DNA of 64,000 bases from assembly GCF_963921235.1 (NCBI RefSeq), contig NC_086097.1, positions 251,226,001 to 251,290,000 of the forward strand. Direction: 5' to 3'. The notes below the pieces were generated by a model. It worked only from the letters and a program-made list of their open reading frames with translations, was not told where the DNA came from and ran no database searches. Each line of letters begins with the position of its first letter. Position 1 is the first letter of the stretch. Source of the stretch: Mobula hypostoma. Its lineage: Eukaryota. The translations under genes and the position numbers were made by a program. This document shows, piece after piece, positions 50,787-61,952 of this stretch.

Positions 50787-52576
50787 CAAGTATGTTAAGA
50801 GCAAGAAGATAAAATGTGAAAGAATAGGACCTATCAAGTGTGACAGTGGGAAAGTATGTATGGAACCGGAGGAAATAGCAGAGGTACTTAATGAATACTT
50901 TACTTCACTATTCACTATGGAAAAGGATCTTGGTGATTGTAGAGATGACTTGCAGCAGACTGAAAAGCTTGAGCATGTAGATATTAAGAAAGAGGATGTG
51001 CTGGAGCTTTTGGAAAGCATCAAGTTGGATAAGTCGCCGGGACCGGATGTGATGTACCCCAGGCTACTGTGGGAGGCAAGGGAGGAGACTGCTGAGCCTC
51101 TGGCGATGATCTTTGCATCATCAATGGGGACGGGAGAGGTCCCAGAGGATTGGAGGGTTGCGGATGTTGTTCCCTTATTCAAGAAAGGGAGTAGGGATAG
51201 CCCAGGAAACTATAGACCAGTGAGTCTTACCTCAGTGGTTGGTAAGGTGATGGAGAGGATCCTGAGAGGCAGGATTTATGAACATTTGCAGAGGTATAAT
51301 ATGATTAGGAACAGTCAGCATGGCTTTGTCAAGGGCAGGTCGTGCCTTACGACCCTGATTGAATTTTTTGAGGATGTGACCAAACACATTGATGAAGGAA
51401 GAGCAGTAGATGTAGTGTATATGGATTTCAGCAAGGCGTTTGCTAAGGTACCCCCTGCAAGGCTTATTGAGAAAGTAAGGAGGCATGGAATCCAAGGGGT
51501 CTTTGCTTTGTGGATCCAGAACTGGCTTGCCCACAGAAGGCAAAGAGTGGTTGTAGATGGGTCATATTCTGCATGGAGGTCAGTGACCAGCGGTGTGCCT
51601 CAGGGATCTGTTCTGGGACTCTTACGCTTTGTGATTTTTATAAACGACCTGGATGAGGAAGTGGAGGGATGGGTTAGTAAGTTTGCTCATTACACAAAGG
51701 TTGGAGGTGTTGTGGATAGTGTGGAGGGCTGTCAGAGGTTACAGCGGGACATTGATAGGATGCAAAACTGGGCTGAGAAGTGGCAGATGGAGTTCAACCC
51801 AGATAAGTGTGAAGTGGTTCATTTTGGTAGGTCAAGTATGTTGGCAGAATATAGTATTAAGGGTAAGACTCTTGGCAGTGTGGAGGATCAGAGGGATCTT
51901 GGGGTCCAAGTGCATAGGACGCTTAAAGCAGCTGCGGAGGTTGACTCTGTGGTTAAGAAGGCGTACAGTGTATTGGCCTTCATCAATCGTGGAGTTGAAT
52001 TTAGGAGCCAAGAGGTAATGTTACAGCTATATAGGACCCTGGTCAGTCCTCACTTGGAGTACTGTGCTCAGTTCTGGTTGCCTCACTACAGGAAGAATGT
52101 GGAAGCCATAGAAAGGGTGCAGAGATGTTGCCTGGATTGGGGAGCATGCCTTATGAGAATAGGTTGAGTGAACTCAGCTTTTTCTCCTTGGAGCAACAAA
52201 GGATAACAGGTGACTTGATAGAGGTGTATAAGATGATGACAGGCATTAATCATGTGGATAGTCAGAGGCTTTTTCCCAGGACTGAAATAGTTGCCACAAG
52301 AGGACACAGGTTTAAGGTGCTGGGGAGTAGGTACAGAGGAGATGTCAGGGGTAAGTTTTTAACTCATAGAGAGTGGCGAGTGCGTGGAATGGGCTGCCGG
52401 CAACGGTGGTGGAGCCGGATACAACAGGGTCTTTTAAGAGACTTTTGGATAGGTACATGGAGCTTAGAAAAATAGAGGGCTATAGGTAAGCCTAGTAATT
52501 TCTAAGATAGGGACATGTTCAGCACAACTTTGTGGGCCAAAGGGCCTGTATTGTTCTGTAGGTTTTCTATGTTTCT
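50787..52576 (+). mobile_element. 5'-truncated CR1 LINE inserted in a Rex fragment
   Basis: 463-aa ORF 50776..52167 with RT motifs; catalytic FADD mutated to FAHY; Rex RT sequence flanks both sides. Confidence 0.9.
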
Positions 52577-53569
52577 GAGAATCTGGAGCTTTGTACCTTC
52601 CTCTGCAACCGGATCCTTGACTTCCTAACCGGAAGGCCACAAGCTGTATGGATCAGAAATAACAGCTCCACCTTGCAGACAATCAACACTGGCACATCAC
52701 AGGGATGTGTGATTTGCCCACCTCTCTACTCTCACTACACCCATTACCGTGTGGCTAGGCATATGCTAGTGATGTTAAACCTGAATCTGATATACTGCTG
52801 CGGCAAAATAACATTGACATAATATAACTCAGTGGTAATAGAGCCAATGCAGATTCCGAACGACTCTGTTTGTGGTGTTTTGTTGCTCACCACTGAAATC
52901 ATATGATTTATAGGGGATAGAGGTATCATTAAGCTAAATGCAAGCACATCTATACTCACATTATTCTACAGAGGTGCAGTAAAAAGCATCCTGATCGCCT
53001 GCATTACTGCTTGGTGTGGAAATGACACTTGGGCTGACAGGAAGGCTTTACATTGGTTAATTAAAACTGCCCAATGCATCACTGGCACCAGCCTACCCAC
53101 CCTAAAGGCACCAGCAACATGAAGAAGGATCCCACCCACCCTGCTGATAGACTGTTTGTCCCACACCCATCAGGGAAGAGGCTGCGTAGTCCACACAACA
53201 GACTCAAAAACAGTTACTTTCCCCAAGTAGTACGGCTGATCAACACCTCCACCCACTAACCCGCCCCTCCACACCCCCAACCACCACTACTTTATTATTT
53301 CCAGTCAAGTACAGACCTTAAGTACAGACACTCCTGTGCCTAGCGTCACTCAATAGACATACAATCAATTCACCTATATAAGCTACCTTATGTATTTATA
53401 TTTATTGTGGTTTTATGTTCTTTATATTATTTCCTGCATCGGTACCACAGTAACAATTATTTGGTTCTCCTTTACACTTGTCCACTGGAAAAGACAATAA
53501 ACAATCTTGAATGTTGTTCCCTCCCCGATCCCAGTCCCTCCACTGCTACAGGCCCCAGTTCAAGCTTGT

Positions 53570-53830
53570 GATCCCGACATCGCTAAGACAGCATCCGCGG
53601 CAAAAGCCGCGGGCGAGTACGACAACGAAAGCGAGACGGAGCGCGGACTTTACCTCAGAGTTGGTATGCTTAAAGGTATCGAGGAACAGCAGCTCCGCCA
53701 CTGCCTCCGCCATGGCTCCGCGCTGCCTCGCGTCACTTCCGCCGCAGACGTTTCCGCTCGGCGCTGCCGACGGCGCATGCGTGGAGCGGCTGTCGCCATG
53801 GAGATGGCAGATTCTCTCTGGTGACTTTTT
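53570..53830 (-). promoter_or_regulatory. CpG-island promoter of VIRMA with ETS/GABP-, NRF1- and RFX-like motifs
   Basis: Sharp CpG/GC enrichment around exon 1; CACTTCCGCC 53734-53743, GCGCATGCG 53773-53781, GTCGCCATGGAGAT 53792-53805; no TATA box seen. Confidence 0.8.
53654..53713 (-). CDS. VIRMA: VIRMA coding exon 1 (MAEAVAELLFLDTFKHTNSE)
   Basis: Minus strand GCC-ATG-G Kozak context at 53713; translation matches the VIRMA N-terminus as recalled (ELLFLDTFKH); donor GAG|GTAAAG, phase 0; lies in a CpG island. Confidence 0.96.
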
Positions 53831-54664
53831 GAAAAAAGTTAAGAACTGTGCATTTGGGAAACATGCCTTGGATGCCTTGGAGAAGGGGTACTTCCGGCTA
53901 TTAAAGTGTCATTCGTTTTCAGACAAATAAATAGAGGCAAGGGGATTTCCTCAAGCAAGAGAAAATCTGCAGAGACTGGAAATCCAGAGCAACGCACTGG
54001 AACTCAGCAGGTCAGACAGCATCTTGGAAGAGTACAGTCAACGTTAGTATAGTAAACGTCGACTGCCCATATCTATGAATACTGCTTGGTCTGCCGGGTT
54101 TCTTCATCAGTACAGATGCACCACAGGGTTGTGCGCTTAGCCCCCGCTCCAATTACTTTATAATTATGACTGTAAGGTCCAATGTCAGATTCATGTTTGC
54201 TGGCGACATCACTGTCGTGGGCCAAATCAAAGGTGGTGACGAATCAGCATAGAGGGAGATTGAACATCCGGCTGAGGGGTGTCGTAACAATAACCTTTCA
54301 CTCAATAGCAGCAAGACCAAGGAGCTGATTATTGACTTCAGGAGCAGGAAAGCCGAGGTCTATGAGCCAGTCCTCATCGGGAGATCAGAGGTGGAGAGGG
54401 TCAGCAACTTTAAATTCTTCACTGTGATCATTTCGGGGGACCTGTCCTGGAGCCAACGTGTACAGTACTATGCAAAAGTCTAAGGTTCATATGCATAACT
54501 AGGCTGCCTAAGACAGTACTGTATTTGTCAATGTGGAGCGGAGAGTGGCTTGTAAGTCTGGCAGCAGCGAAGGTAATTGGGAATGGCGAGTTCAAAGTAA
54601 ATTTGTTATCAAAGTACATATATGTCACCATGCACAACCCTGAGATTCATTTTCTTGTGGGCAA

Positions 54665-55405
54665 AATGCAGAGATGCAAAGGGACATGGGAATCCTTGTG
54701 CAAGATACCCTAAAGGTTAACCTCCAGATTGAGCTGGCGGTGAAGAAATCAAACGCAATGTTGGCATTCATTTCTAGAGGTATAGAATATAAGAGCAGGG
54801 ATGTGATGTTGAGGCTCTATAAGGCAGTCGTGAGACCACACTTGGAGTATTGTGTGCAGTTTTGGGCTCCTTATTTTAGAAAGGATGTACTGACATTGGA
54901 GAGAGCTCAGAGAAGATTCATGAGAATGATTCCACTGAAAGGGTTGCCATATGAGGAACGTCTGGCAGCTCTTGGACTGTATTCCCTGGAGTTCAGGAGA
55001 ATGAAGGAGGATCTCATAGAAACATTCCAAATGGTAAAAGGCCTGAACAGATTAGATATGGCAAGGTTATTTCTCATGGTAGGGGACTCTAGGACAAGAG
55101 GGCATGACTTCAGGATTGAAGGACATCCTTTTAGAACTGAGATGCTGAGAAATTACTTTAGTCTGAGGGTGGTAAATCTGTGGAATTTGTTGCCACAAAC
55201 GGCTGCGGAGGCCAAGTCATTGGGTGTATTTAAGGCAGAGATAGACAGGTTCTTGATTAGCCAGGGCATCAAAGGGTATGGGGTGAAAGCAGGGGAGTGG
55301 GGATGACTGGAAGAACTGAATCAGCCCATGATTGAATGGTGGAGCACACTTGATGGGCCGAATGGCCTACTTCTGCTCTTGTATCTTATTGTCTTATGGT
55401 CTTAT
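54665..55405 (+). mobile_element. CR1 LINE 3' fragment
   Basis: ORF 54674..55306 (RPHLEYCVQFWAP); TCTTATGG tail. Confidence 0.88.
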
Positions 55406-55489
55406 GTATGTATCCATATACAACTCTGAGATTCATCTTTTCCAAATAGCCACAAAACAAAGAAAGAACATGAAAGTCATTCAGGGGGA

Positions 55490-55790
55490 ACCAACCCCTG
55501 CACAAAAAAGAACGGCATCCCGATCATCAACCCCCTAAACCCCTTCTCCCTCCCTGCACAAAATGCAACAAGAACGTTGATCCTGAACCCCCACTCCCAT
55601 CCCCTGCACAAAACACAACAAGAACATCGACCCCCCCCGCTGCGGAAAACACAAGAACATCGGCCTTGATCCCACTCCCCCGCACAAAACACAACAAGAA
55701 CATTGACCCCTACCCGCACAAAAAAGCCAACAGAACATAACAAGAACATCAACACCCAACCCCCTTCCCCTCCCCTCACACAACAAAACA
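55490..55790. repeat. Degenerate tandem repeat (~45-60 bp unit, CCCCTGCACAAAACACAACAAGAACATCGA core)
   Basis: About 5-6 visible units inside a minus-strand retroposon remnant. Confidence 0.7.
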
Positions 55791-56039
55791 GACAAGGAAC
55801 GGGCAAAAAAACGCAGAATATAAAAACCATAAGTCTGAAAAAGTCCACAGTCCATAAATGCAGTGGTCCAATCCATAACCACAGAACCACGGTACCATCC
55901 TCCGACATCATTGAAAGAGAAAGGGGCCACATGAGCGTAGAGGCCTACCCGCCTACCACAGTTTATCTCAATCGGATTATTTATAGAGGCACAGTCAAGT
56001 GGCAAACATCATTCACCAAGATCTGGCTTTGAAATATAA

Positions 56040-56452
56040 ACTCATAAAAGACACCATACTTTTCTATAAATACAAGTCTGGTCCAGTTTTAGAGTCAGAG
56101 CACTATGAATTACATTATGATAAGACAATCCATAATAACTATGCAGATAGATTATTACAGGGTGAATGAGCAAGAACAATTTACTTAATAGATATTGCCC
56201 TTCCAAACATACATAACATACAGAAATCAATAAGTGAAAAAATATGCTGAATTAGAACATGAAATTGAAAGCCTTTGGAACATGAACAGGATATTCATTA
56301 TCCCGATAGTAATATCTACAACTGGTATCATCCCAAAGTCACTTCACAATGGTACTAAACAATTAGGCCTACACAGCAATATTTAGGTTAATCTCCAGAA
56401 AGCCACAATACTAAACACCGCTAGAATAGACCAAAAGTTACTAGCAATTGCT
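56040..56452 (+). mobile_element. R4/Dong-clade non-LTR retrotransposon C-terminal restriction-like endonuclease remnant
   Basis: Piecewise translation gives LIDIALPN, KYAEL, LWNMNRIFIIPIVISTTGIIPKSLH, NLQKATILNTARI. Confidence 0.7.
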
Positions 56453-57421
56453 TGGCTATGCTACTATCTCATATTTTATCAGCTTGAGTTGAAACATAGA
56501 AACATAGAAAACCTACAGCACAATACAGGCCCTTCGGCCCACAAAGCTGTGCTGACCATGTCCTTACCTTAGAAATTACCTAGGGTCAATTATTTGAGAA
56601 AAAAATAATTATATATTAGAAATAAATATCTAGAACATGAGTTGAAGAGGCCTTGAAAGTGAGTCCATAGGTTGTGGGACCATTTCACTGATGGGGCAAG
56701 TGAGATTGAGTGAAGTTAACCCCCTTGGTTCTAGAGCCTGATGGTTGACGCTCTGTTGCTGAACCTAGTGGTGTGAGTCCTGAGGCTCCTCTATCTTCTT
56801 CCTAATGGCAGCATCGAGAAGAGAGCATGGCCTGGACAGTGAGAGTCCCTGATAATTGACGCTGTTTCCCTGCAACAGTGCTCCGTGTGGATGTGCTCAA
56901 TGGTGGGGAAAGCTTTATCTATGATGGATTGGGCCATATACACTACTCTTTTGACTGTAACCATGACTTTTTGTAGGATTTTCCATTCAAGGGGATTGGT
57001 GTTTCGACTCCAGGCTGTGATGCAGCCCGTCAAGGTATGACATAGGATCAGAAGGAAGGGAATGGGGTTGAAGAGGGGAAGAAAAGATCAGCTATGATTG
57101 AATGGTGGAGCAGATTCGATGGGGCAAATGACCTAATTCTACTCCTATGTTTTATGATCTTATGGTCTAATATATTCTCCACCATACACGTGTAAAAGTT
57201 TGTCAAAGTTTTAGATGTCATGCCAAATCTTCGCAAACTCCTAAGGAAGTAGAGGCTGAAATGATAACACCTAGGAATTTGAAGGTGCTGGCCCTCACCA
57301 CCTCTGATTCCCTGCTGAGGGCTGGTTCGTGACATCTGGTTTCCCTACCCTTGAAGTCAATAATCAGCTCCTCTTCATCTTATGTTCTCAATATTAATTT
57401 ATTTTGAACGAGGTTGAAAAC

Positions 57422-59962
57422 TGTAATGTATTGTGTGAGTATTCGTAGCATCAGAGTGTGTATGACGTCAGGACGTAGAGAGGTAAAAATGGAAGACTGT
57501 TGAATAAACGTTGTTCAATCTACAGTGGTATCCGAGTCACATCAATATTACATGGTGTCAGAAGAAATTGTGACAAAAAGGAAGAGAAGACAGGTAAAAG
57601 ATGTCACAGTTACAGCCACCGTCAAGTTTAACCTACAAGGTAATCGTGCTGAGAACTGGAAAATATGGATCCAGAGGTTTGAGCTGTTTTGCGCCGCTAT
57701 CGGCCAAGCTGAAAAGGCGGAGAAAGTGCAATGTGCTACGTTTCTGCATGTGGCGGGGGAAGAGGCAATAAAAGTTTGCAACACGTTTGTCTTCCAAGAT
57801 GATAATCAAGAAGTGTTGTAGTGTTGAAGTGTTGAAGAAAAAGTTTCAAGATTACTGCGAACCGAGAAAAAACCTACCGTACATCCGACATATGTTTTTC
57901 ACAAGGGCTCAAGGACCAACAGAGACCATAGACGCCTATGTAACAGATTTGAAGAGCAAGGCAAAACTGTGAGTTCGGACAACTGCATGACTCTTTAATA
58001 CGTGACAGGATTGTATGCAGCATATGAGTTGCTCAAGTGAGAGGCAGGCTATTGAGGGAGGCAGATCTTACATTAGATAAGGCGATTGATGTTTGCAGTG
58101 CCAGCGAGATCACGTCAAGTCAGGTTAAAGTGCTCAATGAAGAGATTGAAGTACACAAAATAAAAACTGTGAAAACTGACAAGAGTAGGACAAAGCCAGC
58201 TCCACAGGATGATCAAAAGGAAGTTAACTGCAACAGATGTGGTTATAAACATGGATACAGAAAATGCCCAGCCTTTGGTCAGACTTGCAAGTTATGCCAG
58301 AAAAGAAACCACTTTGCAAAGATATGCAAATCGAAGGAGCACGCAAGGAAAATGCATGCTGTGGAAGAGAGTGAGGGCAACAGTGACATGTTCATTGGCA
58401 CAGTTGAAGTGGAACAGGAGGTATGCATCAAGAATATTGACAATGCAGAGATGGAGGATGAAGATGATTGGACCCAAGATCTGATAATAAACAGGAGGAA
58501 TGTGACATTTAAGCTTGACACTGGGGCAAAGTGCAATGTAATGTCGGCAGAAACATTCAACTCACTGGACATCAGAGGAAGACTGAGAAAATCCACCTGC
58601 AAGCTTGTTGCATATTTCGGCCACAAGACGGTGCCATTGGGCAAAAAAACACTCACCTGTGTGTACAAAGGTCAACAACACAAGATCGAGTTTGAAATAG
58701 TGCAGCAACATGTTTCGGCAATACTGGGCAAAGCAACGTGCACAAAGCTAGGCCTGGTGAAGCGAAGCTATAGTGCTGAAAAAGAAAATGACATTCTCAA
58801 AGACTTTGATGACTTGTTTTCTGGATTAGGATGTTTACCAGGGAAACACCATATCCAGATTGATCCAACTATTGCACCAGTCGTGCATGTCCCAAGAAAG
58901 ATTTCAGTAGCTCTCAGGGATCAAGTAGCGGAGGAGCTACACAGAATGGAACAGATGGGAGTCACAACAAGACAAATAGAACTGACCGACTGGGTGAATA
59001 GTATGGTGACAGTGGTCACAGAAAAAAAGACAAGGATTTGCATGGATCCACAAGATCTCAACCAAGCCATCAAAAGAGAGCACGATCCGCTGCTCACGGT
59101 TGAAGCGGTTGTCTCCCGCATGCCTAAAGCGAAATACTTTTCATTATTAGACGCAAATCAAGATTTCTGGCAGCTCAAGCTGGATGAAGAAAGTTCCAAA
59201 TTATGTACTTTCAGCGTGCCCATAGGGAGGTATCGTTTCCTGCGTCTACCCTTTGGGATTTCTTCTGCATCAGAGGTATTCCAGAGATCCGTGGCACAAA
59301 TGATTGAAGACCTGGACGGGGTGGTCAACATCATAGATGATTTGCTGATATGGGGTGACGCAACTGAGGAACATGATCAGAGACTGAGGAGGCTCCTGGA
59401 GAGAGCACGTGAGTACAACCTAAAACTGAACAAAAGTAAATGTAAGATCAGAACTACAGAGATCAAATACATAGGTCATGTACTCAGTGCTGATGGGCTA
59501 AAACCAGATGATGAAAAGGTCAGAGCTGTGGTACAGCTACTACCACCCGAAGACAAGCAAGAACTATTGAGGTTCATGGGCATGATACAGTATCTTCCCA
59601 AGTTCATTCTCAACTTATCAGAGGTCAGCGCTCCACTCCGTAAGCTACTAGAGAGCAACACTGAATGGCATTGGGAAGTCGAACAAAAGAAAAGTTTTAA
59701 CACATTGAAGCAGTTGGTTAACAATGCACCAGCACTCAAGTTCTATGATGTCAATAAACCAGTGACGATGTCTGTGGATGCCAGTTCGGAGGGAATAGGA
59801 GGTGTTATACTGCAGGATGGGAGGCCTGTTACATATGGATCACAAGCACTTACGGACTGTCAACGCCGATATGCTCAAATCGAGAAGGAATTACTCGCCA
59901 TAGTTTATGGGTGTGAGAAGTTCCACCAATATATATATGGCAAAGAAATCCAGGTTGAGAGT
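57422..59962 (+). mobile_element. Ty3/Gypsy LTR retrotransposon, 5' half
   Basis: 131-bp LTR TGTAAT...ATTACA (57422-57552); PBS TGGTGTCAGAAG (57553-57564); broken gag with two Zn knuckles; protease LDTGA; RT IIDD; RNase H DAS, ELLAI; no integrase or 3' LTR in the window. Confidence 0.92.
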
Positions 59963-61952
59963 GCAGAGTTTGAATGTTCCTGTCAAGATAGTCATAGTCA
60001 TACTTTATTGATCCCAAAGGAAATTGTGTTTTTTTTCAGTTGCACCAACCAAGAATAGAGTATAGATATAGCAATATAAAAACCATAAATAACTAAATAA
60101 TAATATGTAAATTATACCAGGAAATAAGTCCAGGACCAGCCTATTGGCTCAGGGTGTCTGACCCTCCAAGGGAGGAGTTGTAAAGTTTGATGGCCACAGG
60201 CAGGAATGAAGACAAAGTGAATAAGAATAAGGAACCTTGGTTCTCAAGGGATATTGGAACTCTGATAAAGAAGAAGAGCGAGATATATGACATGTATAGG
60301 AAACAGGGAGCAAATAAGGTGCTTGAGGAGTATAAAAAGTGCAAAAAAATACTTAAGAAAGAAATCAGGAGGGCTAAAAGAAGACATGAGGTTGCTTTGG
60401 CAGTCAAGGTGAAGGATAATCCAAAGAGCTTCTACAGGTATATTAAGAGCAAAGGATAGTAAGGGATAAAATTGGTCCTCTTGAAGATCAGAGTGGTCGG
60501 CTATATGCGGAACCAAAAGAAATGGGGGAGATCTTAAATGGTTTTTTTGAGTTGGTATCTACAGGTGAGGTGCCGGAGGATTGGAGAGTGGCTCATGTGG
60601 TTCCATTGTTTAAAAAAGGCTCTAAAAGTAATCCAGGAAATTATAGACCGGTAAATTTGACGTCGGTATTAGGTAAATTATTGGAAGGAGTACTAAGAGA
60701 TGGGGATAGACAGGGACTTATTAGGGAGAGTCAACATGGCTTTGTGCGTGGTAGGTCATGTTTGACCAATCTATTGGAGTTTTTCGAGGAGGTTACCAGG
60801 AAAGTGGATGAAGGGAAGGCAGTGGATATTGTCTACATGGACTTCAGTAAGGCCTTTGACTAGGTCCCACATGGGAAGTTAGGAAAATTCAATCGCTAGG
60901 TATACATGGAGAGGTGGTAAATTGGATTAGACATTGGCTCAATGGAAGAAGCCAGAGAGTGGTGGTAGAGAATTGCTTCTCTGAGTGGAGGCCTGTGACT
61001 AGTGGTGTGCCACAGGGATCAGTGCTGGGTCCATTGTTATTTGTCATCTATATCAATGATCTGGATGATAATGTGGTAAGTTGGATCAGCAAATTTGCTG
61101 ATGATACAAAGATTGGAGGTGTAGTGGACAGTGAGGAAGGTTTTCAAAGCTTGCAGAGGGATTTGGACCAGCTGGAAAAATGGGCTGAAAAATGGCAGAT
61201 GGAGTTTAAAACAGACAAGTGTGAGGTATTGCACGTTGGAAGGACAAACCAAGGTAGAACATACAGGGTTAATGGTAAGACACTGAGGAGTGCAGTAGAA
61301 CAGAGGGATCTGGAAATACAGATACAAAATTCCCTAAAAGTGTCGTCACAGGTAGATAGGGTCGTAAAGAGAGCTTTTGGTACATTGGCCTTTATAAATC
61401 AAAGTATTCAGTATAAGAGTTGGAATGTTATGGTGAGGTTGTATAAGACATTGGTGAGGCCGAATCTGGAGTATTGTGTTCAGTTTTGGTCACCAAATTA
61501 CAGGAAGGTTATTAATAAGGTTGAAAGAGTACAGAGAAGGTTTACAAGGATGTTGCCGAGACTTGAGAAACTGAGTTACAGAGAAAGGTTGAATAGGTTA
61601 GGACTTTATTCCCTAGAGACTAGAAGAATGAGGGGAGATTTGATAGAGGTATATAAAATTATGATGGGTATAGATAGAGTGAATGCAAGCAGGCTTTTTC
61701 CACTGAGACAAGGGGAGAAAAAAACCAGAGGACACGGGTTAAGGGTGAAGGGGGAAAAGTTTAAAGGGAACATTAGTGGGGGGCTTCTTCACACAGAGAG
61801 TGGTGGGAGTGTGGAATGAACTGCCAGATGAAGTGGTAAATGCGGGCTCACTTTTAACATTTAAGAAAAACTTGGACAGGTACATGGATGAGAGGTGTAT
61901 AGAAGGATATGGTCCAGGTGCAGGTCGGTGGGACTAGGCAGAAAAACGGTTT
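59955..61952 (+). mobile_element. 5'-truncated CR1 LINE (same subfamily as 29470-33706), interrupted by a minus-strand Rex 3' end (~59990-60208)
   Basis: ORFs 60187..60459, 60522..60863, 60914..61819; GAGAGTGCAGAGTTTG..TGTTCCTGTCA matches ~31640-31670; internal deletion near 60545. Confidence 0.88.

Noticed and set aside
53507..53930. Two plus-strand ORFs across the promoter
   Set aside because: GC-rich, stop-poor CpG island with non-ATG starts and no recognisable protein motifs
55477..56032. Cys/Gly-rich ORFs and an array-like repeat
   Set aside because: Degenerate tandem repeat in a retroposon remnant; no constant repeat with unique spacers, so neither CRISPR-like nor credibly coding
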